Shown piece after piece: positions 36,754 to 45,975 of a DNA stretch of 64,000 bases; position 1 is the stretch's first letter, and the number at the start of each line of letters is the position of its first letter. The notes under the pieces were generated by a model, which was given only the letters and a program-made list of their open reading frames with translations, did not search any database and was not told the DNA's origin. Location of the stretch: positions 5,858-69,857 of the forward strand of contig JAFQTW010000069.1 of NCBI GenBank assembly GCA_017408855.1. Reading direction: 5' to 3'. A program made the position numbers and the translations under genes. Source of the stretch: Oscillospiraceae bacterium. GTDB lineage: Bacteria > Bacillota > Clostridia > Oscillospirales > Ruminococcaceae.

Positions 36754-37116
36754 ATGAAACTGAAAAATATTTTGATCGTTGTAAAAGATATCGAAAAATC
36801 AAGGGTCTTTTATCACGATCTGTTTGGCATAGACCTGGTGCTTGATAACGACGGCAACATGGTTTTGACCGAAGGGCTTGTTCTTCAGGACGAGAAAATA
36901 TGGAAAAACTTTTTGGAGAAAGACATCCTTTCCAAAAGTAATTCCTGTGAACTGTATTTTGAAGAACAGGATATCGAAGGCTTTATCAAAAAGCTGGAAA
37001 GCCTGTATCCCGATATCGAATATGTCAATCGTCTTATGACCCATAGCTGGGGACAACGGGTGATCCGGTTCTATGATTTGGACGGGAATTTGATCGAAGT
37101 CGGAACACCGGTGTAA
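36754..37116 (+). CDS. VOC / glyoxalase family protein
   Basis: 120 aa. MKLKNILIVVKDIEKSRVFYHDLFG...FYDLDGNLIEV. Visibly more AT-rich than its flanks. Confidence 0.75.
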   Translation: MKLKNILIVVKDIEKSRVFYHDLFGIDLVLDNDGNMVLTEGLVLQDEKIWKNFLEKDILSKSNSCELYFEEQDIEGFIKKLESLYPDIEYVNRLMTHSWGQRVIRFYDLDGNLIEVGTPV

Positions 37117-37149
37117 AAAACAGATCCGGATCGACCAAACCGAAAAACG

Positions 37150-37188
37150 AGAAAAGCCAAGCTGCATTTTGCAGCCTGGCTTTTTTGC
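37150..37188. terminator. bidirectional terminator
   Basis: GCCAAGCTGC-atttt-GCAGCCTGGC followed by TTTTTT. Confidence 0.55.
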
Positions 37189-37227
37189 TTTTGATCACCG
37201 CGCAAGCGGTTTTTTATCTTGTTCCGA

Positions 37228-39309
37228 TTATTTCACCCGGCGATAATAAAGTCCGCGGGTGATGTTTTCCCGCTTGCCGCCGGTTTGGTATTCCTGCAGG
37301 ATGCGGGCGGCTTCGTCCGGCGTTTCGTCGGTAAAGTAGAGGGTCAAAAAGTCAAGCCCCCGGGTCTCCCGCAGGCGGTCCGCAAGATACAGCGGCAGGA
37401 AGTTGTAGACCTGTGCGCCGCCTTTTGCGCCGCCGTCATGACGGCGGGAGCAGTCCACCACAAAGGGATTGCCCCGGCGGTCCTTCATCACCCGAAAACC
37501 GCGGCAGCCGCGGCAGCCCTGATCCGCCGAAGCGGGACAGTTGCGCACCGTCATCAAAGGCAGCCGCCCGTAGGCGAAGATGCCTCGGGGGATGATCGGC
37601 GCCATGGCGGTGCAGTCGGTCATGGCCATCTCCATGGACAGGGTGGCGGCGGATACGCCCATCTCAGCAAGACGGGCAAGGCTTTCCCGGTTGGTCACAT
37701 TCAGCTGCATATCGCCAAGGACGGTCAGACCCGCTTTTTTTGCGGGCAAAATGCCGCCTAAATTGCTGACAAATGTGTATTTTATTCCTTTTTCCGCGAC
37801 TTTTTGCAGCTTTTCTTCCAGCTTTTCGTCGAACAAAAGGGGCGGAAGCTGCGCCGCGATCTTGTTTTCATAGCCGGTCCCGGGCATCTCCAGAATGCGG
37901 TCCAGCGGCAGGATGACCATCTTGACCGCCTCCCATTTTTCCCGCGGCAGCTGACCGGGATACTCCAGACGGACCCACAGGTCGGGTCGGCGGGTTGGGT
38001 CGGCAGCGGGGAAGGGTTCGGCTTTTTGCGGCACAAAGGGGATGGGATGGGTCTCGCTGCGCTGGGCGATGAGGTTTTCCACCGCTTCCCGGCGCAGACG
38101 GTTCAGTTCCGATACCGGGATGGCAAGCCCCTCGTCCAGCGAAAGGGTGCAGTTTTTCAGATGGAAGGGGGTGCCGCCCAGTTTTCCAAGGCTCTGCCGC
38201 ACCATCTCGTCGGAGGTGGGCTTGTTGATGGCCTGCTGGGGCACTTCGCCCGAAACCGAGGCTTCTCTGCCCTCGGCATCGTGCAGGGTCAGGCGGACCG
38301 GCTCATTCTCACGGGCGGAAAATTCCGCGAAGAGGGGGACCAGCCCCGTCTCTTTGGCGTACAGGCGGGCGAGATTTTTAAGGAGCGCCGGCGAAGCGGC
38401 GGTCACATCTTCTTTCTGGCGGGTGCCGAACATATTGGCTCCCATTTTTCCGGTAAAGTAGCCGTCGGTAAAGCCCGAGCGGGAAAAGACCGCCTGCAGC
38501 GTTTCCAGATCCGGCTTTTCGCCCCGCAGCGCCGCCTTTCCGGCGGTGACTGCCGCGGCAACATACTCGGGACGTTTCATTCTTCCCTCGATCTTTAAAG
38601 AGCAGACCCCCATCTGCGCCAGGCGGTCCACATGGGAAAAGAGGCTCATGTCCTTGAGGGAAAGTCCGCAGCGGTTGGGATTTTTCTCATAAAAGGGCAG
38701 ACGGCAGGGCTGGGCGCACAGTCCCCGGTTGCCCGAACGCTCGCCGGCTACGGCGGAGAGATAGCACTGTCCCGACAGGCACATGCACAAAGCGCCGTGG
38801 ACAAAGGTCTCCACCTCCATCTCGCAGCTTTGGCAGACCCGTTCGATCTCTTTTTCGCTCATTTCCCTCGCCAAAACCGCGCGGGAATAGCCGTAGTCCT
38901 CCAACAGCGCAACGCCGTCGGGGTTATGCAGGCTCATCTGGGTGGAGGCATGGATCACCATGTCCGGCGCTTCCCGCCGGATTATCCGGGCAAGTCCCAG
39001 ATCCTGCACGATCAAAGCGTCCACGCCGGCTTCGCAGGCAGCACGGACCGTCTCCATCGCCTCGTCCATCTCCCGGTCAAAGACCAGGGTGTTCACCGTC
39101 AGATGGACCTTGGTCCCGTGCAGATGGCAGAACTGCACCGTTTCACGCAGCGATTCCAGATCAAAGTTTTTCGCGTTGCGGCGGGCGTTGAAACTGCCCG
39201 CACCAAAATAAACCGCGTCGGCGCCGCACAGCACCGCCGCGGTCAGCTGCTCCGGACCGCCCGCAGGGGCCAGAAGCTCGATCTTCTGTTTACTGATGGG
39301 CTTTTGCAT
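37228..39309 (-). CDS. peptidase U32 family protein
   Basis: 693 aa. ELLAPAGG..., AVYFG, and Cys-rich motifs typical of U32 proteins. Confidence 0.8.
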   Translation of the reverse strand: MQKPISKQKIELLAPAGGPEQLTAAVLCGADAVYFGAGSFNARRNAKNFDLESLRETVQFCHLHGTKVHLTVNTLVFDREMDEAMETVRAACEAGVDALIVQDLGLARIIRREAPDMVIHASTQMSLHNPDGVALLEDYGYSRAVLAREMSEKEIERVCQSCEMEVETFVHGALCMCLSGQCYLSAVAGERSGNRGLCAQPCRLPFYEKNPNRCGLSLKDMSLFSHVDRLAQMGVCSLKIEGRMKRPEYVAAAVTAGKAALRGEKPDLETLQAVFSRSGFTDGYFTGKMGANMFGTRQKEDVTAASPALLKNLARLYAKETGLVPLFAEFSARENEPVRLTLHDAEGREASVSGEVPQQAINKPTSDEMVRQSLGKLGGTPFHLKNCTLSLDEGLAIPVSELNRLRREAVENLIAQRSETHPIPFVPQKAEPFPAADPTRRPDLWVRLEYPGQLPREKWEAVKMVILPLDRILEMPGTGYENKIAAQLPPLLFDEKLEEKLQKVAEKGIKYTFVSNLGGILPAKKAGLTVLGDMQLNVTNRESLARLAEMGVSAATLSMEMAMTDCTAMAPIIPRGIFAYGRLPLMTVRNCPASADQGCRGCRGFRVMKDRRGNPFVVDCSRRHDGGAKGGAQVYNFLPLYLADRLRETRGLDFLTLYFTDETPDEAARILQEYQTGGKRENITRGLYYRRVK

Positions 39310-39655
39310 CGTCCAGCTCCTGTTTGAGTTTCGCGCACTCCCGTTTTAAGCGGGCAGCTTCCCGTTTGGCATCCTCCGCTTCGATGCGGTATTTTGCCGC
39401 GTCGCCCAGATAGCCGGTCAGCTGATTGCGCATCCGGTCGGTATTTTCCTCCGCCTTGCGGTAGTTATCCATATAGTTTAACAGACACAGCACCAACGCG
39501 TCGGTCAGGCTCATAGAAGCGCTGGCCGAAAGCATATCCCCGATCTGACCGTTGAGCTGCGCTGCCAGCTCTTTGACATACTCTTCCGGCTCGGGGGTGG
39601 TGATGGTGTACTTGGCACCGAGAACTTCGATTTTTACCCGATTGATAGGGTCCAT
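39290..39655 (-). CDS. zapA: cell division protein ZapA
   Basis: 121 aa. VKIEVLGAKYTITTPEPEEYVKELAAQLN followed by a coiled-coil tail. Its 3' end overlaps the U32 gene start by 20 nt. Confidence 0.8.
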   Translation of the reverse strand: MDPINRVKIEVLGAKYTITTPEPEEYVKELAAQLNGQIGDMLSASASMSLTDALVLCLLNYMDNYRKAEENTDRMRNQLTGYLGDAAKYRIEAEDAKREAARLKRECAKLKQELDDAKAHQ

Positions 39656-39873
39656 AGCGGTTCCGCCTTTCTGCGGGCAAACTTCCCGCGGAGTGGATTT
39701 TCCCCCGGGGGGAAAGGGTGGATAAAGTTATTTTTATTATACTACGTTTTCTTTCCCGGGAAAAGAGGGGAAGAAAAAATCCTGAGGCTTTTTAGGGACA
39801 AGAGCGGGAAACTGGGACACCGAACAGCCAAAAGAAGGCCATTTTTCCCGCGATTTTGCGCCATTTTGACGGC

Positions 39874-39902
39874 TTGCCTTTTGCCGGTTCTTTTTGTATA
39901 AT
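39874..39902 (+). promoter_or_regulatory. promoter of glgP
   Basis: TTGCCT, 17-nt spacer, TATAAT. Confidence 0.45.
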
Positions 39903-39968
39903 AATATGGTATATGTACGTCAATAATGGGGCATTGTTCCCGAGGAATAGACAAAGGAGAATTATGAT

Positions 39969-42371
39969 ATGGAACACCTTTCCAAGGCCGAGATGAAAAA
40001 ACGCATCGAAGACAATCTCAGCCGGTTGTTTGATGTAGATCCCAAAAAGGCATCGGACGATCAGTTCTACAAAGCAACCTCGCTGATGGTGCGGGAGATC
40101 CTGACCGAAAAGAGAAAGAGCTTTTCCGCTTACACCCATGCCAACGGAAACAAAGAGGTTTACTATCTTTCCATGGAGTTTCTGATGGGTCGTTCCCTCA
40201 AAAGCTCCCTGTATAATCTGGAGATCGTAGAGGACGTGAAAGAAGTTCTCGCCGAGATGGGCGTAAAGCTTCACCGTCTGTATGAATATGAGCCGGACCC
40301 CGGTCTTGGCAACGGCGGTCTGGGCCGACTGGCCGCCTGCTATCTGGACGGTCTGGCTTCGCAGGATTACAGCGCCACCGGCTACTGCATCCTGTACGAG
40401 TACGGCATCTTCAAGCAGAAGATCATCGACGGCTGGCAGACCGAGCTGCCCGACTACTGGCTGCCCGGCGGCGAGATCTGGCTGGAGCCCAACCCCGATC
40501 AGGCCATCGACGTGCGCTTTGGCGGCGAGGTCGAGGAGTTCTGGGATTATGGCTACCATCACATCAACCACAAAAACTTCAGCACCGTTAAAGCGGTGCC
40601 CTACGACCTGCCCGTGTCCGGCTACAAGACCCCCGGCGTCAGCAATCTGCGCCTGTGGAAGGCGGTTTCCCCCGGCATCGACATGGATTCCTTCAACCGC
40701 GGCGACTATCTGTCCGCCCTGAGCCAGAACTCCATGACCGAGGTCATCTCCAAGGTGCTGTACCCCAACGACAGCCATATGGAAGGCAAGGCACTGCGTC
40801 TGCGCCAGCAGTATTTCCTGTCCGCCGCTTCGGTGGGCGACATTGTAAACCGCCACATGGCCACCTACGGCACCCTGGACAATCTGGCAGACAAGATCGC
40901 CATCCACATCAACGATACCCATCCCACCCTCGCCATCCCCGAGATGATGCGTATTCTGCTGGATGAGTGCGGCTACGACTGGGATGTGGCTTGGGATATG
41001 ACCCGCCGCATCTTTGCCTACACCAACCACACCGTTATGGCCGAGGCGCTGGAAGTGTGGAACGAGGATCTGTTCAAACAGCTGCTGCCGAGACTTTTCC
41101 AGATCATCTGTGAGATCAACCGTCAGTTCTGCCAGGAGCTGAAAGAGGTTTACGGTCAGTCGGACGAAGTGGTGGCAAAACTGGCCATCGTCTTTAACCG
41201 CACCGTTCGTATGGCAAACCTGTGCGTGGTGGGCTCTCACAACGTCAACGGCGTTTCCCGCCTGCACTCCCAGATCATCAAGGACGATGTGTTCCACGAG
41301 TTCTACACCATCTGGCCGGAGAAATTCACCAACGTGACCAACGGCATCGCTTCCCGCCGCTGGATGATGCAGTCCAACCCCAACCTGACGAAATTCATCA
41401 CCGACCGCATCGGCGAGGGTTTCCTCAAAGATTTCTCCAAGCTGGAGGAGCTGTTGGAATTTGCCGACGACAAAAAGTCCCTGGACGATTTGATGGCGGT
41501 AAAACGTGCCAACAAAGAGGATTTTGCCAAGTATGTTCAGAAGAACTACGGCATCGAGCTGGACGTAAACTCCATATTCGACGTGCAGGTCAAACGTCTG
41601 CATGAGTACAAACGCCAGCACCTGAACGCGCTGCACATCCTGTACCTGATCAAACAGCTGCGAAAGGATCCCAACGCCGACATCGAGCCGAGAACCTTTA
41701 TCTTCGGCGCGAAAGCAGCCCCCGGCTATTATCTGGCGAAGCAGATCATCCGCTTGATCAACGCCCTGCAGAAAGAGATCGAGGCCGACCCTGTTCTGCG
41801 CAAAAAACTGCGCATCGTTTACCTCGAGGACTACCGTGTGACCCTGTCTGAGATCCTGACTCCCGCTGCGGACGTTTCCGAGCAGATCAGTTTGGCAGGA
41901 ACCGAAGCTTCCGGTACCGGCTGCATGAAGTTCATGCAGGCAGGCGCCATCACCCTTGGCACCTACGACGGCGCCAACGTGGAGATCCACGAGCAGGTGG
42001 GCGGCGACGAGAACTTTATGGTCTTTGGTCTGAGAACCGAAGAGGTCAACGCGCTCAAAGCCAAAGGCTACAACCCCAGAAAATACTACGAGACCGATCC
42101 GGTCATCAAAGAGCTGGTGGATACCCTCTACGAGGGCATCGGCGGAAGTAAATTCCCCGAGATCGGCGACTCTCTTAAGAATATCGACCCCTACATGGTT
42201 CTGGCGGACTTCCGCTCTTATGTGGATGCCCAGAAGAAGCTGCAGGTACTGTACCGTCAGCCGGAAAAATGGGCCCGCATGAGCCTTGTGAATATCGCCA
42301 CCTCCGGCAAATTCTGCGCCGACCGCGCGGTGGAGGATTACGCCCGCGAGATCTGGCATCTGAGCAAATAG
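39969..42371 (+). CDS. glgP: glycogen/maltodextrin phosphorylase
   Basis: 800 aa. GLGNGGLGRLAAC and EASGTGCMKFM (PLP lysine region). Confidence 0.95.
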   Translation: MEHLSKAEMKKRIEDNLSRLFDVDPKKASDDQFYKATSLMVREILTEKRKSFSAYTHANGNKEVYYLSMEFLMGRSLKSSLYNLEIVEDVKEVLAEMGVKLHRLYEYEPDPGLGNGGLGRLAACYLDGLASQDYSATGYCILYEYGIFKQKIIDGWQTELPDYWLPGGEIWLEPNPDQAIDVRFGGEVEEFWDYGYHHINHKNFSTVKAVPYDLPVSGYKTPGVSNLRLWKAVSPGIDMDSFNRGDYLSALSQNSMTEVISKVLYPNDSHMEGKALRLRQQYFLSAASVGDIVNRHMATYGTLDNLADKIAIHINDTHPTLAIPEMMRILLDECGYDWDVAWDMTRRIFAYTNHTVMAEALEVWNEDLFKQLLPRLFQIICEINRQFCQELKEVYGQSDEVVAKLAIVFNRTVRMANLCVVGSHNVNGVSRLHSQIIKDDVFHEFYTIWPEKFTNVTNGIASRRWMMQSNPNLTKFITDRIGEGFLKDFSKLEELLEFADDKKSLDDLMAVKRANKEDFAKYVQKNYGIELDVNSIFDVQVKRLHEYKRQHLNALHILYLIKQLRKDPNADIEPRTFIFGAKAAPGYYLAKQIIRLINALQKEIEADPVLRKKLRIVYLEDYRVTLSEILTPAADVSEQISLAGTEASGTGCMKFMQAGAITLGTYDGANVEIHEQVGGDENFMVFGLRTEEVNALKAKGYNPRKYYETDPVIKELVDTLYEGIGGSKFPEIGDSLKNIDPYMVLADFRSYVDAQKKLQVLYRQPEKWARMSLVNIATSGKFCADRAVEDYAREIWHLSK

Positions 42372-42380
42372 GAGTTTAGG

Positions 42381-42818
42381 ATGAAGGTTCTGTTTCAAAA
42401 GCTGAAAGATACGGCGATCCTGCCCCGCCGGGTGACCCTCGGCAGCGCAGGGTGCGATCTGCACGCCTGTCTGGATGAGGCGATTACCGTCGAGCCCGGA
42501 CAGACGGCGCTGGTCCCCACCGGTTTTGCCATGGCCCTTCCCGAAGGGTTTGGCGGTTTTGTCTTTGCCCGCAGCGGACTTGGCATCCGCCACGGCATCG
42601 TGCCCGGCAACTGCGTCGGGGTCATTGACGCCGACTATCGGGGCGAGGTGATGGTGGGTCTGCACAACCATTCGGACAAGGCCTATACCGTGCAGCCGGG
42701 CGAGCGCATTGCCCAGCTGGTGCTTCTCGAAGTTCCCGCATGGGAAACCGAGGAAGTGGAAAGTCTTGACGAAACAGAGCGGGGCACCGGCGGATTCGGT
42801 TCCACCGGCAGCCGATAG
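42381..42818 (+). CDS. dut: dUTP diphosphatase
   Basis: 145 aa. GSAGCDL, GVIDADYRGE and RGTGGFGSTG motifs. Confidence 0.9.
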   Translation: MKVLFQKLKDTAILPRRVTLGSAGCDLHACLDEAITVEPGQTALVPTGFAMALPEGFGGFVFARSGLGIRHGIVPGNCVGVIDADYRGEVMVGLHNHSDKAYTVQPGERIAQLVLLEVPAWETEEVESLDETERGTGGFGSTGSR

Positions 42819-42828
42819 GAGGATTTTT

Positions 42829-43098
42829 ATGCGGATGCGGAAAAATCTTATTTTACTGTTTTTGCTGCTGGCCGGCGTGATGTTCGGCTCTTTGCTGGCA
42901 GCGGTCACAGCGGATGTTTCGTGGCTGAGCTGGCTGAGCTACGGCGACACCGTCGGCATCTGGGTGGATAACCCGATGGTGCTGGATCTGGCTGTGTTCA
43001 AGCTGGCATTCGGATTCGAACTGAGCATCAATATCGCGCAGGTCATCTGTGTGTTTCTGGCCATCCTTTCTTATAAGGGCGTGGCTTCCCGCCTGTAA
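42829..43098 (+). CDS. small membrane protein (DUF4321-like)
   Basis: 89 aa. I chose ATG 42829, preceded by TAGGAGGA. Two hydrophobic segments. Confidence 0.6.
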   Translation: MRMRKNLILLFLLLAGVMFGSLLAAVTADVSWLSWLSYGDTVGIWVDNPMVLDLAVFKLAFGFELSINIAQVICVFLAILSYKGVASRL

Positions 43099-43109
43099 GG
43101 AGGATTTTT

Positions 43110-43673
43110 ATGGAACTGATCTTAGCTTCCCAGTCGCCCCGCCGCCGTGAACTGATGGGGCGGATCACCGAGGATTTCACGGTGGTCGTTTCGGACGTAG
43201 AAGAAGTTCGGGATCCTGCCTGGCCGGTACAGGAGCTGCCCCGTTATCTGGCAGCGCAAAAGGCCGAGGCGGTGTCCAAAAGCCGTCCCGATGCGCTGGT
43301 CATCGGCGCCGATACCATCGTGGCATTGGACGGGACCGTTCTGGGCAAGCCCCGTGATGACGAGGATGCTTTTTTGATGCTGAAAAACCTCTCCGGCAAG
43401 ACCCACAAAGTCCTGACCGGCGTGGCCTTTTACCGGGGCGGAAAAGAGCTTTCCTCCTTCGTGCAGACGACCGAGGTGGATTTTTATCCTCTCTCCGACC
43501 GTCAGATCCGCCGATATCTTGCCACCGGCGAGCATCGGGACAAGGCAGGCGCCTACGGCATCCAGGGCTTTGGCGGACTGTTCGTGGAAGGGATCCGCGG
43601 CGACTACTTTAACGTGGTGGGCTTTCCCATGGCGAAGGTGGCCAAAGAGCTGGAAAAATGGGAGGACCGATAG
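43110..43673 (+). CDS. maf: Maf-like nucleoside triphosphate pyrophosphatase
   Basis: LILASQSPRRRELM..., GADTIV, GAYGIQG. Confidence 0.9.
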   Translation: MELILASQSPRRRELMGRITEDFTVVVSDVEEVRDPAWPVQELPRYLAAQKAEAVSKSRPDALVIGADTIVALDGTVLGKPRDDEDAFLMLKNLSGKTHKVLTGVAFYRGGKELSSFVQTTEVDFYPLSDRQIRRYLATGEHRDKAGAYGIQGFGGLFVEGIRGDYFNVVGFPMAKVAKELEKWEDR

Positions 43674-44153
43674 ATGAAGGAGTCTTTTTCTTATCGCTGC
43701 GCCAACCGGCAGGACGTTCCGCTTGTTCTGCGCTTTATCAAAGAGCTGGCAGACTACGAAGAGATGCTGTCCGAGGTGGTCGCTGACGAGGCGACTTTGG
43801 AAGAGTGGCTCTTCGACAAGGAAAAAGCCGAGGTCATCTTTGCCCTCGAGGGAGAAAAAGAGGTGGGCTTCGCCCTTTTCTTCCACAATTTCTCCACCTT
43901 TCTGGGCAGAGCGGGCATCTATCTCGAGGATCTTTACGTTTCCCCCGCGTATCGCGGACGGGGCTACGGCAAGGGTCTGCTGCGGCAGCTTGCCAAGATC
44001 GCCGCCCAGCGGGGCTGCGGACGTTTGGAATGGTGGTGCCTTGACTGGAACCGCCCGAGCATCGACTTTTACCTGTCCATGGGCGCCGAACCCATGAGCG
44101 ACTGGACGGTCTACCGCATTGCGGGAGACACCCTGCAGCAACTGGCAAAATAG
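43674..44153 (+). CDS. GNAT family N-acetyltransferase (diamine acetyltransferase-like)
   Basis: 159 aa. LEDLYVSPAYRGRGYGKGLL. Confidence 0.75.
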   Translation: MKESFSYRCANRQDVPLVLRFIKELADYEEMLSEVVADEATLEEWLFDKEKAEVIFALEGEKEVGFALFFHNFSTFLGRAGIYLEDLYVSPAYRGRGYGKGLLRQLAKIAAQRGCGRLEWWCLDWNRPSIDFYLSMGAEPMSDWTVYRIAGDTLQQLAK

Positions 44154-44155
44154 AA

Positions 44156-44194
44156 AAACAAAAGCCGAAGAGGAATTCCTCTTCGGCTTTTTTG
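44156..44194. terminator. bidirectional terminator
   Basis: AAGCCGAAGAGG-aatt-CCTCTTCGGCTT followed by TTTT. Confidence 0.7.
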
Positions 44195-44200
44195 GTTCCG

Positions 44201-45787
44201 TCAGATTTTCCACTTGTCGATCAGCGCTTTGATCTGATCGGCAAATTTGGCCAGATCCTTGTTTGCCATGCCGCGGTTTTGCTTGATGACATCCAAAAGC
44301 TGCTGACCCAGATTCCACAGACGCTGGTAGACGGTGGAATCTTTTTTCTTTTTGGCAGGCATAAAGGGAACGCCCGCTTCGAGGATCTTGTTTTCGGCAA
44401 GATCGTACACCTCGGTGTAGTCCGGCGCATGGGCGGCAAAGCCCGCCGATCTCAGTTTTTCCGCAAAACCGGTGCAGACCTCTTCTTCGCCGTGGACGAG
44501 GAACACCTGCTGCGGGCGGGGAGAGAAGGTGTTGACCCAGCGAAGCAGTGCCTTGCGGTCGGCGTGAGAAGAAAGTCCCGGCAGACGGATCACCCGCGCC
44601 AGTACCGCGATCTTTTCGCCGAACAGCTTCACCTCGTCGATGCCGTCCACCAGGATGCGGCCTAAGGTGCCCACGCTCTGGTAGCCCACGAAAACGACGG
44701 TACATTCCCGCCGCCACAGGTTGTGCTTAAGGTGATGGCGGATACGTCCCGCGTCGCACATACCGCTGGCGGAGATGATCACCTTGGGGGTGGTGTCAAA
44801 GTTGAGGGCTTTGGATTCGTCCACCGTTTCGGTAAGGCGCAGCCCGTCAAAGGTCAGGATGTTAACGCCCCGGGCAGCTAAGTCCGAGGTCTCTTCGTCG
44901 GTGTAGCCTCTCAGATCGCCGGAGAAGATGCGGGTAGCCTCTCTCGCCAGCGGACTGTCTACATAGACTGGGAAGTCCGGCACCGATTTGACCAGACCTT
45001 CGGCTTTGATGGCGCGGATGTGGAACAAAAGCTCCTGGGTTCTGCCCACCGCAAAGGCGGGAATGATCACGTTGCCGCCCTTTGCCAGGGTCTCGTCGAT
45101 GATGACGGCCAGATCCTCGGCATAGTCATGCTCCGGCTCGTGATCCCGGTCGCCGTAGGTGGTCTCCATGACCACGTAGTCCGCCTTTTTCAGATGATGC
45201 GGATCACGGATGATGGGATGTCCCGTATTGCCCAGGTCGCCGGAAAAGACGATGGTTTTGGTCACGCCGTTTTCGGTAACGGTCAGCTCGATGAGGGCAG
45301 AGCCCAAAAGATGTCCCGCATCGTGGAAGGTAACGGTCACACCGGGACACAGCTCGAAGGGCTGCTCATAGTCATAGGTCTGCATGATCTTCAAAGCGGC
45401 TTCCGCATCGGCGAGGGTGTAAAGGGGCTCAACGGGAGGTCTGCCCGCACGCTTGCCCTTGCGGTTTTCGTACTCGGCATCGCTTTCCTGAATGTGCGCC
45501 GAATCCCGCAGCATGACCTGCAGCAGCTGCTTGGTCAGACGGGTGGTAAAGATGGACCCCTGAAAGCCCAGCTTCATCAGCATGGGGACCCGCCCCGAGT
45601 GGTCGATGTGGGCGTGGGTGATCAAAAGATAGTCCACCGTGCCCGGAGAAAAGGGCAGGGTGGCGTTGTCCTTGTCGCCGGCACCCTGCTGCAGACCGCA
45701 GTCGATGAGGATGCGCTTACCGCACACATCCAGACAGTGACAGCTGCCGGTAACGGTTTTGGCAGCACCGAAAAACGAAAGTTTCAT
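44201..45787 (-). CDS. MBL-fold beta-CASP family hydrolase (RNA-metabolising type)
   Basis: MKLSFFGAAKTVTGSCH..., HAHIDHSG, and the beta-CASP/RMMBL C-terminus ...SSHAD. I chose ATG 45787 with an AAAGGAGG RBS. Confidence 0.8.
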   Translation of the reverse strand: MKLSFFGAAKTVTGSCHCLDVCGKRILIDCGLQQGAGDKDNATLPFSPGTVDYLLITHAHIDHSGRVPMLMKLGFQGSIFTTRLTKQLLQVMLRDSAHIQESDAEYENRKGKRAGRPPVEPLYTLADAEAALKIMQTYDYEQPFELCPGVTVTFHDAGHLLGSALIELTVTENGVTKTIVFSGDLGNTGHPIIRDPHHLKKADYVVMETTYGDRDHEPEHDYAEDLAVIIDETLAKGGNVIIPAFAVGRTQELLFHIRAIKAEGLVKSVPDFPVYVDSPLAREATRIFSGDLRGYTDEETSDLAARGVNILTFDGLRLTETVDESKALNFDTTPKVIISASGMCDAGRIRHHLKHNLWRRECTVVFVGYQSVGTLGRILVDGIDEVKLFGEKIAVLARVIRLPGLSSHADRKALLRWVNTFSPRPQQVFLVHGEEEVCTGFAEKLRSAGFAAHAPDYTEVYDLAENKILEAGVPFMPAKKKKDSTVYQRLWNLGQQLLDVIKQNRGMANKDLAKFADQIKALIDKWKI

Positions 45788-45891
45788 ATAAAAGCCTCCT
45801 TTTAAGGATGGAAAACACACGCTCTACTAATAGTATACCGCTTTTTTGTCCGTTTGCCAAATGGGAAAACCCATCTTTTGCCGTTTTCAGA

Positions 45892-45920
45892 TTGTACAGG
45901 ATGGAAGTTTTCATTATAAT
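45892..45920 (+). promoter_or_regulatory. promoter of the MMPL-GLUG operon
   Basis: TTGTAC, 17-nt spacer, TATAAT. Confidence 0.4.
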
Positions 45921-45975
45921 GAAAAAGAGAAGCTGCGATTTGATAGCATGAGCGATTTGGCAAAGGAGGCTCGTC

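Noticed and set aside
39792-42908. 1038-aa minus-strand ORF antisense to glgP and dut
   Set aside because: This is the same shadow-ORF phenomenon. The sense strand carries clear glycogen phosphorylase and dUTPase sequences, and the antisense product is compositionally biased nonsense.
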